From: an uncultured PS1 clade bacterium
Lineage (GTDB): Bacteria; Pseudomonadota; Alphaproteobacteria; MED-G09
NCBI GenBank assembly: GCA_902533755.1
Contig: CACANC010000003.1
Coordinates: 2,748 to 66,747, forward strand
DNA: 64,000 nucleotides
Reading direction: 5' to 3'
The translations under genes were made by a program, and so were the position numbers. Of the stretch, positions 41,555 to 53,712 are shown one piece after another (position 1 is the first letter of the stretch; every line of letters begins with the position of its first letter). The notes beneath the pieces were generated by a model that ran no database searches, was not told the origin of the DNA, and worked only from the letters and a program-made list of their open reading frames with translations.

Positions 41555-42817
41555 TTAATTTTGAATTTTATCATATTCCTGTTTGAGATAGTCATCATCT
41601 AATTTTGTATATATTTGAGTTGTATCAATTGATTCATGCCCAAGTAATTTTTGTATTTTTCTGATGTTAATTCCATTTTGTAGTAAATGTGATGCAAAAC
41701 TATGTCTTAATGAATGTGGTGTAGCTTCAGAAGGAATTTTACCTGGATAAATCTTTATCAATTTTTTCATGCTTCGTTGAATATCTCTCGCTGTTAGCCC
41801 TGATTTATCTTGTGAAGTAATTTTCATAAATAAAGGATCATTATTAACAATCTCGATATTTGTTGAAGCTCTTAGAGCTTCAATATATTTGGATACTTTT
41901 TCTTTAATGATTGGAAGAATTGGTATGTAGCGCTCTTTTTTTCCTTTACCAATAACTTTTATCTGATCATTAAATGGTGTATCAGAAAATTTAAATTGTA
42001 AAACCTCTGATACCCTTAAACCTGTTGAATAAATAAAGTATATTACCGCTATATCCCTTCTATGTTGCCAGGAATTCCAATCTCTACCGCCTTTGGATTG
42101 ATCAGGATCAATAAATTTAAGAAAATTAATTAAATCTTCTTCTTTAAAAGTCTTGTTAGAGATTCTCTTATCATATTTAGTAGTTGATATTTTATTAAAT
42201 GAGTGATTTTTCCAATTATTTCTCTCAGAGAGAAATCTAAAATAGTTTCGGATTACTGATTGGCATCTTGCAAGGCTTCTTTTGCTTTTTTCTTTTTCTT
42301 TATATTTCTTTATACATCCATTTAAACATAGAATTTCAATCTTTCTTGAAATATCACCGTATTTTTTTAAAATTTCATTACCAGAGAATATCTCACCTTG
42401 GAATTTTTTTTCAATATCATTAATAAGGTCGACATTATCTTTGTTTGAAAAAAAATCTTTATGGCCAATTGAAATATCTTTCGGCTCTTTATCTTCAAAG
42501 GTAAAATAATTATTAATCATTTCCTCTTTCAAAGTTTCATATTTCTTTGATTTTCCTAAATAGAAACTTTGGTATGCTAAAAAATCAGTATCCAGAAAAT
42601 TTTCTAAATCTTTAAGTGAAATATTCTTGCCAATATATAAATAGCAGAAGTTAAGAAAATGAAAGATTGTTCTGCTATACTCATTAATAGTAAGCTGACT
42701 TTTATTTTGTAATATAAGGCTCTTAATATAATCTCTTGTTACTAACTCAAGATCTTTATCTACATATGAAAAATTAAGCGTTTTTGGATAATTAAGTTTT
42801 TCACTCTCTTTTTTCAT
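41555..42817 (-). CDS. tyrosine recombinase, XerC/XerD family, with an unusually long N-terminal domain
   Basis: Catalytic set present: STGLRVSEV (R), HSLRHSFASHLL (H-x-x-R), LGHESIDTTQIYT (H, Y). I place the start at MKKESEK (42817), 1 nt after the tal stop; the track ORF runs to 42856. An insertion of about 90 aa lies between the two halves of the core-binding domain. Confidence 0.8.
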   Translation of the reverse strand: MKKESEKLNYPKTLNFSYVDKDLELVTRDYIKSLILQNKSQLTINEYSRTIFHFLNFCYLYIGKNISLKDLENFLDTDFLAYQSFYLGKSKKYETLKEEMINNYFTFEDKEPKDISIGHKDFFSNKDNVDLINDIEKKFQGEIFSGNEILKKYGDISRKIEILCLNGCIKKYKEKEKSKRSLARCQSVIRNYFRFLSERNNWKNHSFNKISTTKYDKRISNKTFKEEDLINFLKFIDPDQSKGGRDWNSWQHRRDIAVIYFIYSTGLRVSEVLQFKFSDTPFNDQIKVIGKGKKERYIPILPIIKEKVSKYIEALRASTNIEIVNNDPLFMKITSQDKSGLTARDIQRSMKKLIKIYPGKIPSEATPHSLRHSFASHLLQNGINIRKIQKLLGHESIDTTQIYTKLDDDYLKQEYDKIQN

Positions 42818-42818
42818 C

Positions 42819-43475
42819 TCAGAGAATTTTTTGACCACTATCATTCCAATCATCAAGAAAAGCTTTTAATCCTTTATCTGTTAACGGATGATTCGCTAAT
42901 TCTGATACAACTTGTGGAGGAAGGGTAGCAATATCTGCTCCATAAAGCGCAGCTTTTTTAACGTGTTCTATATTTCTTACTGATGCCGCAAGAATTTCTG
43001 TTTTTAGCATGGGGTAATTATCATAAATAGTTTTAATATCGCGGATAAGGTCCATGCCATCTTCTCCAATATCATCCAGTCTTCCTATGAACGGAGATAT
43101 GAATGTTGCACCAGCTTTTGCAGCCAATAAAGCCTGTGTAGCAGAAAAACATAAGGTAACATTTATCATAATTTTTTTATCTGATAATGCTTTACATGCT
43201 TCTAAACCGGCCCATGTTAGAGGAACTTTTATCGCTACATTCTTTGCTATTTTACTAAGTACTAATCCTTCCTCAATCATTCCTTCGGCATTTGTTGCCG
43301 TAACTTCAGCACTAACTGGCCCTGACGTTATAGAACAAATTTCTTTTATTACATCTTTAAAATCTCTACCTGATTTTGCAATTATAGAAGGATTAGTAGT
43401 TACCCCATCTACCATTCCTGATTTCGTAAATTCTGTAATGGCTTCAATATCAGCACTATCTATAAAAAATTTCAT
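42819..43475 (-). CDS. tal: transaldolase (short type 3B) / fructose-6-phosphate aldolase family
   Basis: [24 protein letters not shown] and [11 protein letters not shown] (Schiff-base lysine context). Confidence 0.9.
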   Translation of the reverse strand: MKFFIDSADIEAITEFTKSGMVDGVTTNPSIIAKSGRDFKDVIKEICSITSGPVSAEVTATNAEGMIEEGLVLSKIAKNVAIKVPLTWAGLEACKALSDKKIMINVTLCFSATQALLAAKAGATFISPFIGRLDDIGEDGMDLIRDIKTIYDNYPMLKTEILAASVRNIEHVKKAALYGADIATLPPQVVSELANHPLTDKGLKAFLDDWNDSGQKIL

Positions 43476-43556
43476 TTGCTATCCTGTTTATGTATCTAAA
43501 TTTAATTCCATATTCTTTTATTAATACAATATAATCTGATATTGCTAATGATTAAA

Positions 43557-45518
43557 ATGAAAAAAGTTTCTGTATTACTTCCATCTAACACCAACAGCAC
43601 ATATGACTATTTGAGTCCAAGTTCATTAGAGTTAGGTACTTTGGTATCAGTGCCTTTTAGAAACAAGGAAATGAAAGGGATAGTTTGGTATGATAGTTCT
43701 GAGGACATTCCATTTGAAAAGTTAAAAAAAGTAAAAAAAGTATTTAATGAAATTAAGTTAGAAAAAAAATTAATCTCCTTTTTAGATTTTTTTTATAAAT
43801 ATAATTTAGTTCCTATTAGTAAATTATTTAAGTTGGTTATCCCTCAAGATAAATCAATAGAAGAAATCAGTGAGAAAAGTGATTTAGGGATTAATACAAA
43901 TATTCCTTCTGAATCATCACTGAAATTAACTGAACTTCAACAAAATGCCGCAAACATACTTAAGAATTCTGTAAAAAAAAATACATTTGAACGTTTTTTA
44001 ATAGACGGTGTGACTGGATCAGGAAAAACAGAAGTTTATTTTGAGGCAGTTAATGAGGTTGTAAAAAAGGGTAATCAAGTACTAATACTTTTACCCGAAA
44101 TTTCCTTAGTGGATTCATTAGTTGAAAGAGTCACTGAAAGATTTGGATTTGAACCATATGTTTGGCATTCTGAAACTAAAGTCGCAAAAAAAAAGAAGAT
44201 ATGGAAGGATATTTATAATGGTAAAGCTCAATTAGTTATAGGAGCTAGATCATCACTATTTCTTCCATTTAAAAATCTTGATCTAATTATTGTCGATGAG
44301 GAGCATGATATTAGTTACAAGCAGCAAGATCAGATTATTTATAATGCAAGAGATATGGCAATTGCCAGAGGTTCATTTGAAAACTCAACAACTGTGCTTG
44401 TATCAGCTACTCCATCATTAGAGTCATTATTTAATGCAAAAGAAAAAAAATATTATCATCTCAATTTACCTAATAGAATTGGATCAGCTGGGATGCCATA
44501 TATTAAGACAATAGATATGAGAAAAGAGAAAATGGAAAAAGACTCTTGGATTTCTCCTTCATTAAAATCAGCAATGCTTGAAACACTTGAGTCTGGAGAG
44601 CAGGTTCTCTTATTTATAAATAGAAGAGGTTATGCACCTTTAACAGTATGTAAAAGTTGCGGAGATAAAATCGGTTGCTCAAAATGTGATTCTTATTTGG
44701 TACATCACAAGACTAAAAACAAATTACTTTGTCATCAATGCGGTTATACAGAAGTCTTTTTAGATAAATGTAAAAGCTGTAAAACTGAAAATTCTTTTTT
44801 ACAGTACGGTCCTGGTATAGAGAGATTATTAGAAGAAACAAATAAAATATTTTCCGATAAATCTGTAAGTTCTATTTCGTCAGATAATTCTAAAGATTTT
44901 CTCAAAACAATGGAGTCATTGAGTAATGGTGAGATAGATATTATTATTGGAACTCAAATTATTTCAAAAGGATATCATTTGCCTAATCTGACATTAGTTG
45001 GAGTTATTGATGCCGATATAGGTCTTGCAAGTAGTGATTTAAGAGCTTCAGAACATACTTTTCAACTCCTTCAGCAAGTTTCAGGGAGATCAGGAAGAGA
45101 CGAAAAAGAAGGTAAAGCTTTTATTCAAACCTATTATCCTCATCATCCAGTAATACATTCATTAGTGAATAATAGTAGAGATGAATTTACAGAAGCTGAA
45201 TTATTTATGCGGGAAAGATCTGAATTACCACCATATGGTAGGTTAGCAAATATTACTGTTACCGATACAAGTGAAGAAAGATTAGTAAATTTTAATAACT
45301 ACCTTAAATCATTAATTCCTAAATCAGATAGGATTAAAGTTTTTGGTCCAGCCCCAGCACCCATAACAAAAATTAGAAACAGGTATCGTTATAAGTTTTT
45401 AATTAAAGCGAGTAAGACATTAGATATTCAGAAATTTATTGATAACTGGATTTCGGGAATTAAAAAACCTAATTCAATAAGGCTTTCAGTTGATATAGAT
45501 CCTTATAATTTTTTATAA
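43557..45518 (+). CDS. priA: primosomal replication-restart helicase PriA
   Basis: GVTGSGKTEVY, DEEHD, and a Zn-finger block CKSCGDKIGCSKCDSYLVHH...CHQCGY...CKSCK. The start is uncertain: TTG 43542, ATG 43548 or ATG 43557. Confidence 0.9.
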   Translation: MKKVSVLLPSNTNSTYDYLSPSSLELGTLVSVPFRNKEMKGIVWYDSSEDIPFEKLKKVKKVFNEIKLEKKLISFLDFFYKYNLVPISKLFKLVIPQDKSIEEISEKSDLGINTNIPSESSLKLTELQQNAANILKNSVKKNTFERFLIDGVTGSGKTEVYFEAVNEVVKKGNQVLILLPEISLVDSLVERVTERFGFEPYVWHSETKVAKKKKIWKDIYNGKAQLVIGARSSLFLPFKNLDLIIVDEEHDISYKQQDQIIYNARDMAIARGSFENSTTVLVSATPSLESLFNAKEKKYYHLNLPNRIGSAGMPYIKTIDMRKEKMEKDSWISPSLKSAMLETLESGEQVLLFINRRGYAPLTVCKSCGDKIGCSKCDSYLVHHKTKNKLLCHQCGYTEVFLDKCKSCKTENSFLQYGPGIERLLEETNKIFSDKSVSSISSDNSKDFLKTMESLSNGEIDIIIGTQIISKGYHLPNLTLVGVIDADIGLASSDLRASEHTFQLLQQVSGRSGRDEKEGKAFIQTYYPHHPVIHSLVNNSRDEFTEAELFMRERSELPPYGRLANITVTDTSEERLVNFNNYLKSLIPKSDRIKVFGPAPAPITKIRNRYRYKFLIKASKTLDIQKFIDNWISGIKKPNSIRLSVDIDPYNFL

Positions 45519-45655
45519 AGAATCTGTTTTCAGATATTGCATGCAAGGTACGCTTATGTTACGAGAAACATAGAATTATTTTTAAAATTATCTGGGAGTT
45601 CTTAAATAATAATATCTTTTTAAATCAATAACTTACAGTAATTGGAATTTTACAC

Positions 45656-46225
45656 ATGAGTCAATCAAGTCAAGATCACACATCAGGAATATCAGGAAGA
45701 TACGCTTTTGCCCTTTTTGAGCTTATTCAAGAAGATTATGATTTGAATGAACTAGATAAAATTAATGATGAACTATCAACTATTGGTAGTGCAATCTCTC
45801 AGAGTGAAGAGATGTCAAAGATAATTCAAAGTCCAATTTATAACGCCCAAGAACAATTTTCTGCAATGCAGTCAGTATTAGAAATACTCAATACATCAGA
45901 ATTATTAACAAACTTTATTGGGGTTTTATGTCAAAATAGAAGATTATTTGTTTTACCTGATATGATCATTTCCTTTAAAGAGCTTTTGAATAATTTAAAA
46001 GGTAAAATGACAGCAACAGTTATTGCAAGTTCTGAATTAGATAAGAATCAAATGAATAATATAAAGAAAGTATTAGCAGATAATTATTCTCAAGAAATTG
46101 ATATAGATCTAGAGATAGATGAGAAGATTTTAGGAGGACTTATAGTAAAAATAGGAAGTAAGATGATAGATTCATCCTTACTAACAAGACTTAAATTAAT
46201 GCAATCAAATATGAGTGAGGTTTAA
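45656..46225 (+). CDS. atpH: F1 ATP synthase delta (OSCP) subunit
   Basis: [12 protein letters not shown], a C-terminal IDxxLLGG-like motif ([19 protein letters not shown]), and its position ahead of atpA. Confidence 0.9.
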   Translation: MSQSSQDHTSGISGRYAFALFELIQEDYDLNELDKINDELSTIGSAISQSEEMSKIIQSPIYNAQEQFSAMQSVLEILNTSELLTNFIGVLCQNRRLFVLPDMIISFKELLNNLKGKMTATVIASSELDKNQMNNIKKVLADNYSQEIDIDLEIDEKILGGLIVKIGSKMIDSSLLTRLKLMQSNMSEV

Positions 46226-46227
46226 TC

Positions 46228-47757
46228 ATGGAAATTCAACCAGCAGAAATATCCGCTATTTTAAAGAAAAAAATTAAGGATTTTGGCAAAGATGCTGAAG
46301 TATCTGAGATAGGGCAGGTATTGTCAGTTGGCGATGGCATTGCAAGGGTTTATGGATTGGATAATATTGAAGCTGGTGAAATGGTCGAATTTCCTGGTGA
46401 AATCAAAGGTATGGCACTGAATCTTGAAGAAGATAATGTTGGTGTCGTTATTTTTGGCGATGATACTGATATTAAGGAAGGTGATACGGTAAAAAGAACA
46501 GGTGCAATTGTTGAAGTACCAATTGGAAAAGAGCTATTAGGCAGAGTCGTTGATGCCTTAGGTAACCCAATTGATGGGAAGGGCCCAATTAATTCATCTG
46601 AAAGTAAAAGAGTCGATATTAAGGCTCCAGGTATTATTCCTAGAAAATCTGTTAATGAACCAATGCAAACAGGATTAAAAGCAATTGATTCATTGATACC
46701 AATCGGAAGAGGTCAAAGAGAACTCATTATTGGTGACAGACAAACAGGTAAAACGGCTATTGCAGTTGATGCAATTTTGAATCAGAAAGAAGTTAATAAA
46801 TCCGATAATGAGTCTGAAAAATTATATTGTATATATGTTGCGATTGGCCAAAAAAGATCTTCAGTTGCACAATTAGTAAAAACATTAGAAGAAAATGGAG
46901 CAATGGAATATTCAATTGTAGTAGCAGCTACTGCATCTGAACCTGCTCCTTTGCAATATTTAGCGCCATTTACAGGTTGTACTATGGGTGAATACTTCAG
47001 AGATAACTCAATGCACGCTCTAGTTGTATATGATGATTTATCAAAACAGGCTGTTGCTTATAGACAGATGTCTCTCTTATTAAGAAGGCCTCCTGGGCGA
47101 GAAGCTTATCCAGGCGATGTTTTTTATCTACATTCAAGATTATTAGAAAGAGCAGCTAAATTGAATGAAGATAATGGAGGGGGTTCTTTAACAGCCCTAC
47201 CTATAATTGAAACACAAGCAAATGATCTTTCTGCATATATTCCAACAAATGTAATTTCAATTACTGATGGTCAAATCTTCCTAGAGACTGATCTTTTTTT
47301 CCAAGGAATTAGACCTGCTGTTAATGTTGGTCTTTCAGTTTCTAGAGTCGGTTCCTCTGCACAAATAAAAGCAATGAAACAAGTTGCAGGATCGATTAAA
47401 GGTGAATTAGCACAATATAGAGAGATGGCTGCCTTTGCACAGTTTGGATCTGATCTAGATGCCTCTACTCAAAAACTTCTAGCTAGAGGAGAGAGATTAA
47501 CTGAACTTCTTAAACAAAAACAATTTTCACCAATATCTACAAATGAACAGGTTGTTCTTCTATTTGCCGGCGTAAATGGATATATGGATGATATTGCCGT
47601 AAACCAAATTGGAGATTTTGAAGAAGGCCTTCTTAATCACATAAGAAATAATTACATACAGATATTAGAAACTATTACATCAACTAAGAGTCTTGATGAA
47701 GAAACTGAAGCTACCCTTAAAAGTGCCGTTGAAGAATTTACTGCAAGTTTTAATTAA
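46228..47757 (+). CDS. atpA: F1 ATP synthase alpha subunit
   Basis: [17 protein letters not shown] and [27 protein letters not shown]. Confidence 0.98.
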   Translation: MEIQPAEISAILKKKIKDFGKDAEVSEIGQVLSVGDGIARVYGLDNIEAGEMVEFPGEIKGMALNLEEDNVGVVIFGDDTDIKEGDTVKRTGAIVEVPIGKELLGRVVDALGNPIDGKGPINSSESKRVDIKAPGIIPRKSVNEPMQTGLKAIDSLIPIGRGQRELIIGDRQTGKTAIAVDAILNQKEVNKSDNESEKLYCIYVAIGQKRSSVAQLVKTLEENGAMEYSIVVAATASEPAPLQYLAPFTGCTMGEYFRDNSMHALVVYDDLSKQAVAYRQMSLLLRRPPGREAYPGDVFYLHSRLLERAAKLNEDNGGGSLTALPIIETQANDLSAYIPTNVISITDGQIFLETDLFFQGIRPAVNVGLSVSRVGSSAQIKAMKQVAGSIKGELAQYREMAAFAQFGSDLDASTQKLLARGERLTELLKQKQFSPISTNEQVVLLFAGVNGYMDDIAVNQIGDFEEGLLNHIRNNYIQILETITSTKSLDEETEATLKSAVEEFTASFN

Positions 47758-47773
47758 TAAGTGAGAGATTGAA

Positions 47774-48658
47774 TTGGCAAATTTAAAAGAATTAAGGAAC
47801 AGAATTTCTAGCGTATCTTCTACTCAGAAGATTACTAAGGCTATGCAAATGGTTGCAGCATCTAAATTGAGAAGAGCGCAAGAAAATGTTGAAACTGCTA
47901 GACCTTATTCTGATAAACTTGGTGATATTCTGAAGAATTTATCTGCGTCTTTTTCTGGCCAAGATAATGCTCCAGAACTCTTAGCAGGTAATGGTAATGA
48001 TAAAAGTCATTTACTTATTATCGCCACTTCTGAAAGAGGCTTATGTGGTGGATTTAATACATCTATCGTGAAGTTAGCAAAAGAACATATTTTGCAATTA
48101 AAGGAAGAAGGAAAAGAAGTAAAACTGATTATTATAGGAAAAAAAGGAAAAGAATTACTCCAAAGAGATTTTGGACAAGAGATAATTGATATTTATGATT
48201 TCTCTGAAGTTAAAGATCTTGGGTTTATCGAAGCGGAGAAAGTTGCAGAAAATATTCTGTCACTATTTGAAGAAGGAAAATTTGATATTTGCAGATTATA
48301 TTTTGCAAAATTTGAATCAGTGTTAAGCCAAGTTCCTGTCTGTCAAAAATTAATTCCTTTTGATATTGAATCGGAAGTTAATGAAGAAAAAGATATTGAG
48401 AATATCTGCTATGAATATGAACCTGATGAGGAAGATATACTTAAAGAACTTTTACCAAAGAATTTATCGGTCCAAATTTTAAGAGCGTTACTAGAAAATG
48501 TTGCTAGTGAATTTGGAGCAAGACTTACTGCTATGGATAATGCAACAAGGAATGCTTCAGATATGATTGATGACCTAACTATTACATATAATAGATCGCG
48601 TCAGGCATCCATCACATCAGAATTGATAGAAATTATTTCAGGTGCTGAGGCACTATAA
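47774..48658 (+). CDS. atpG: F1 ATP synthase gamma subunit
   Basis: TTG start. (M)ANLKELRNRISSVSSTQKITKAMQMVAASKLRRAQ and C-terminal ITSELIEIISGAEAL. Confidence 0.95.
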   Translation: MANLKELRNRISSVSSTQKITKAMQMVAASKLRRAQENVETARPYSDKLGDILKNLSASFSGQDNAPELLAGNGNDKSHLLIIATSERGLCGGFNTSIVKLAKEHILQLKEEGKEVKLIIIGKKGKELLQRDFGQEIIDIYDFSEVKDLGFIEAEKVAENILSLFEEGKFDICRLYFAKFESVLSQVPVCQKLIPFDIESEVNEEKDIENICYEYEPDEEDILKELLPKNLSVQILRALLENVASEFGARLTAMDNATRNASDMIDDLTITYNRSRQASITSELIEIISGAEAL

Positions 48659-48672
48659 TTAAAAGAGGTTAA

Positions 48673-50097
<1,425 letters not shown>

Positions 50098-50099
50098 TT

Positions 50100-50492
50100 A
50101 TGTCCTCAAAACTAAATTTCGATTTTGTTTCACCAATGTCATCAATTTTTTCAGGGGAAGTGGATGGTATTTTAATTCCCGCTAAAGAAGGTGATGCTGA
50201 AATCCTTCCTCAGCATGCCCCTTTTATGACAGCTTTAAGAATTGGTGTTGTTGAAATTAAGCTAACAGATTCAGAAAATTTAAAATTTCTTATCGATGGA
50301 GGATTTGCTGATATTGCACTTGATCAAGTTACTTTATTAGCAGAGAGGTCATTTGACTTAGTTAAATCATCTAAGGAAGATTTTGATAAGATTATTAATG
50401 ATATAGCAAAAGATATTGAAAAAAGTGAAGATGATAGAGAAAAAGAGGATTTATTAATCAAAAAAGAAATCCTTGAAGCTAATTACTCTTAA
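50100..50492 (+). CDS. atpC: F1 ATP synthase epsilon subunit
   Basis: 130 aa immediately after atpD, with a beta-sandwich plus helical-tail pattern (ILPQHAPFMTAL). Confidence 0.9.
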   Translation: MSSKLNFDFVSPMSSIFSGEVDGILIPAKEGDAEILPQHAPFMTALRIGVVEIKLTDSENLKFLIDGGFADIALDQVTLLAERSFDLVKSSKEDFDKIINDIAKDIEKSEDDREKEDLLIKKEILEANYS

Positions 50493-50979
50493 TTTTATCT
50501 TTTATAGGTGAAAATTTTTCTATAAGTTTTAAATATAATTCTTTTTTAAAATCTACAACTAGATCTGGCATTTCTTCTATATCTCTCCATGCCCACTCAT
50601 CAAATTCAGCTATATGACTGTTTAGGTTAAAATCACTATCATCACCTTTAAAGATCATAAGGAACCATTTTTGTTTTTGTCCTTTGAATTTTCCTCCTAA
50701 GGCTTTCCCAATTAGTTCAGGAGGTAAATTATATTCTAGCCACTCATCTAAAGTAAAAATAATCTCTGCTGAAGTTGTACCAGTTTCTTCTTCTAATTCA
50801 CGATATGCTGCATTTTCAGGACTTTCACCAATATCTATACCCCCTTGTGGCATTTGCCATAAGTTTTTCTCGTTAGGCCTCACTCCAATACCAATTTTGC
50901 GTTTGCCTGTCCAAATTTTTCCGTCATCTCTGGCTAAAATAATTCCAACAGCCTCTCTTAATCCCAAATTTTTATTCAT
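50479..50979 (-). CDS. rppH: RNA pyrophosphohydrolase (Nudix)
   Basis: Nudix box GGIDIGESPENAAYRELEEETG and WQMPQGG. The 3' end overlaps atpC by 14 nt (convergent). Confidence 0.85.
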   Translation of the reverse strand: MNKNLGLREAVGIILARDDGKIWTGKRKIGIGVRPNEKNLWQMPQGGIDIGESPENAAYRELEEETGTTSAEIIFTLDEWLEYNLPPELIGKALGGKFKGQKQKWFLMIFKGDDSDFNLNSHIAEFDEWAWRDIEEMPDLVVDFKKELYLKLIEKFSPIKDKIKSN

Positions 50980-50994
50980 TTTATTCTCGATAAT

Positions 50995-52299
50995 TTAAAT
51001 CTTTAATAATAGATCATTCATTATTTCTACTGCTAAATTCAGTTGGGTGTCCTCACTGCTATCTAAAGGTATATATGCGGATGATCCTGATTCAGATTTG
51101 TCGTTTGAATCCTTTTTTATAAATTCATTTAATTGTGTTTCCCCTACTTCATATATTTTGGGGTTATTTTCCTTTGTAGGTTCTTGCTTTATTACAAAAT
51201 CAGGTTCAATTCCTTCCGCCTGAATAGATCTTCCTCTAGGAGTAAAATATTCAGCAGTTGTTAATTTTAAGGCTCCAAGATTTTTAGAATTTGGGAAATA
51301 AAGATTATTTTTATTTATAGGATAAAGTGTTTGTACTGAACCCTTTCCGAAGGTTCTGGTTCCAATAATTATTGCTCTATTGTGATCTTGAAGAGCGCCA
51401 GCTACAATTTCTGACGCTGAAGCAGAACCACCATTGACTAAAATAATAAGAGGTTTTTGATTTATAAAGTCACCTCTTTTTGCTTCAAAAGAATTAATTT
51501 TTTCTTCAAATCTTGGTCTTTTTGTAGAAACAATTTCTCCATAATCAAGAAACATATTAGCTACTTCAATTGCTTGTTTCAGTAATCCTCCAGGATTTCT
51601 TCTCAGATCTAAAATATACCCTTTAATAGATGGTTTTTCATTGTTCTCATGAATATAGAGTTCTTTATATAATTTTTCAGATGTTCTCTCATTGAATGCA
51701 GAAATTCTAATGTATCCAATATTATTATTTTTCCCCTTAATTTCACTTTTAATTCCAGGTATTTGTATAATGTCTCTTATAATTGTTATATCAAAAGCAT
51801 CATCCATTTCCTTGCGAACAACAGTTATTGCTACTTCTGTATTAGGTTTTCCTCGCATAAGATCAACTGCATCATTGAGGTTTTTACCAAATATTGGCTC
51901 TTTATTGATATGAGTAATATAATCCCCTGCAATCATGCCGGCCTTTTGTGCCGGTGTTTCATCAATTGGACTGATTACTTTTATTACGCCATTTTCCATA
52001 GTAACCTCTATTCCAATACCACCAAATTCTCCACTTGTATCATTTTGTAGATTAGCAAAATCTTTTGGTGTTAAATAAACTGAATGAGGGTCTAAAGATT
52101 GCAGCATCCCGTTAATTGCAGCCTCAACTAATTCACTTTGTTCCGTTGACTCGATATATTCCTTATCAACTAAATCTATAACTTTATTTAACAAATCTAC
52201 ATTCTCTCTCTCTAGTGTTTTTCCTTCTAGAGATAAGGAATTTAGAATTATTAGACATAAAATTGTAAATATAGATTTATTATAAGTTTTTATTAGCAT
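50995..52299 (-). CDS. ctpA: S41 carboxy-terminal processing protease
   Basis: Signal/anchor segment, PDZ region (GIGIEV...AGMIAGDYI), and catalytic motifs GGSASASEIVAGALQD and TFGKGSVQT. Confidence 0.9.
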   Translation of the reverse strand: MLIKTYNKSIFTILCLIILNSLSLEGKTLERENVDLLNKVIDLVDKEYIESTEQSELVEAAINGMLQSLDPHSVYLTPKDFANLQNDTSGEFGGIGIEVTMENGVIKVISPIDETPAQKAGMIAGDYITHINKEPIFGKNLNDAVDLMRGKPNTEVAITVVRKEMDDAFDITIIRDIIQIPGIKSEIKGKNNNIGYIRISAFNERTSEKLYKELYIHENNEKPSIKGYILDLRRNPGGLLKQAIEVANMFLDYGEIVSTKRPRFEEKINSFEAKRGDFINQKPLIILVNGGSASASEIVAGALQDHNRAIIIGTRTFGKGSVQTLYPINKNNLYFPNSKNLGALKLTTAEYFTPRGRSIQAEGIEPDFVIKQEPTKENNPKIYEVGETQLNEFIKKDSNDKSESGSSAYIPLDSSEDTQLNLAVEIMNDLLLKI

Positions 52300-52772
52300 T
52301 ACTTGTGATAGGGGTGTTTGTTAATAATCGTTATTGACCTGTAGATCTGTTCCAAGAGCATCATTTTAAACATCTTATGGGGCCATGTTAAGTCCCCAAA
52401 TGAAATTATCTTATCAAAATCTCCGAAATATTTTCTATCGATACCCTCAGATCCACCAATAAAAAAATTAATATTCTGATTAATATCCGCTTGATCAAGA
52501 ATGCATTCTGAAAATTCGACTGAGTTTAATTTTGAGCCCTCTATATCAAGAAGAATATTTACTGCTTCTTTTTCTTTTTGGCCTATTAATTTTTTAGTTT
52601 CCTCATCTTTTTTTTCAGTAGCATTTTTTTTATTAGAATTTTTAATTTCCTTATAAATAATTTCTTTTAAACCAATACTTCTTCCTAGATTTTTGATTCT
52701 TTTTTCATAATCTCTAACAACATCTTGGAGTAAATTATTCGAACTACCAATATAAATAATAGTTATTAACAT
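52299..52772 (-). CDS. rlmH: 23S rRNA pseudouridine1915-N3 methyltransferase (SPOUT)
   Basis: 157 aa. FFIGGSEGI, LTWPHKMFKMMLLEQIYRS and an HPYHK end. Confidence 0.85.
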   Translation of the reverse strand: MLITIIYIGSSNNLLQDVVRDYEKRIKNLGRSIGLKEIIYKEIKNSNKKNATEKKDEETKKLIGQKEKEAVNILLDIEGSKLNSVEFSECILDQADINQNINFFIGGSEGIDRKYFGDFDKIISFGDLTWPHKMFKMMLLEQIYRSITIINKHPYHK

Positions 52773-52780
52773 AAGTATAT

Positions 52781-53110
52781 TTAGTTTGTTTCTATATTAG
52801 TTTGCCATAATTTTTCTAAATTATAGAACTCACGAACTTCTTTTCGAAAAATATGTACAATTACATCTCCACTATCAATAAGAACCCAATCACTCTTGTT
52901 AATACCTTCTGCTTTAATGTTTTTTATTCCATCTTTTTTTAGTTCAGTAATTAGATTTTCTGATAATGAACCTACATGTCTATTTGATGTCCCAGTAGCA
53001 ATAACTAAAAAATCAGCAATATCTGATTTTCCTTTTAAATCTATCGAAATAATATCTAAGGCTTTATTATCTTCTAACTGAGTTACAATACTATCTAAGG
53101 TTTTATCCAT
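52781..53110 (-). CDS. rsfS: ribosomal silencing factor RsfS (iojap-like)
   Basis: DIISIDLKGKSDIADFLVIATGTSNRHV and DWVLIDSGDVIVHIF...EFYNLEKLW. Confidence 0.85.
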   Translation of the reverse strand: MDKTLDSIVTQLEDNKALDIISIDLKGKSDIADFLVIATGTSNRHVGSLSENLITELKKDGIKNIKAEGINKSDWVLIDSGDVIVHIFRKEVREFYNLEKLWQTNIETN

Positions 53111-53699
53111 CTTTTAGCTTTCTAATTTGACTTGAGGAAATATCACTCATAGGACCTGGAATAAAGGTTATTACAGGTGGTTTAAATTTTGTAAAACCTT
53201 TCTGATTATTACTACCGATTATTTTTGCTCTTTCTTTTATTAAGTCTAGCTTATTTGATTCAATCTCAAAGGATGGTCTTGGATAAATTGCTATTGGAAT
53301 TAAATCCAAAAATTTCTCCCAATCCTTCCATTGAGAAATTTCTGCAGCACAGTCAGAGCCCATAACCCATACAAAATTTACATCTGGATATAATTCCATA
53401 ATTTTTGAAACAGTATCTATACTGTATTTTGTCTTATATTCTTTTTCAAAATCACTAACAAAGAAATTATTTTTTTTTGCAATATCCCTTGCACTCATAA
53501 ATCTGTCATGAAAGTCCATAATGTCTTCATCTTCTTTAAGCGGATTGGACATAGATACTAACCAAATAACTTGATTTAAATTAAGTTCACTTAAAGCATT
53601 TTTTGAAACTTGAAAATGCCATTCATGTGCTGGATTAAAAGAGCCTCCAAATAGGCCAATTTGTGATCCAGGTTTTATTGGTAAAATATAATTATTCAC
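53103..53699 (-). CDS. nadD: nicotinate-nucleotide adenylyltransferase
   Basis: GLFGGSFNPAHEWH and ISSSQIR. Confidence 0.85.
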   Translation of the reverse strand: MNNYILPIKPGSQIGLFGGSFNPAHEWHFQVSKNALSELNLNQVIWLVSMSNPLKEDEDIMDFHDRFMSARDIAKKNNFFVSDFEKEYKTKYSIDTVSKIMELYPDVNFVWVMGSDCAAEISQWKDWEKFLDLIPIAIYPRPSFEIESNKLDLIKERAKIIGSNNQKGFTKFKPPVITFIPGPMSDISSSQIRKLKDG

Positions 53700-53712
53700 T
53701 AGAGTATCATCA

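Noticed and set aside
41555-42817. Tyrosine recombinase as a marker of a prophage or integrative island
   Set aside because: There is no flanking tRNA, att-like repeat, phage, conjugation or cargo gene. The neighbours (lpdA, tal, priA, the atp operon) are core genes in conserved order. A chromosomal Xer-type recombinase is more likely.
43054-43524. 156-aa plus-strand ORF antisense to the transaldolase gene
   Set aside because: It is a shadow ORF of a well-supported gene. It has no SD, and its S/A/I-rich composition is typical of antisense translation.
45519-45655. Small hairpins (atctg-tttt-cagat and atgtt-acgaga-aacat) between priA and atpH as a terminator or sRNA
   Set aside because: The stems are only 5 bp with no U-tract, which is indistinguishable from chance in this composition. 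The region probably just holds the atp promoter.
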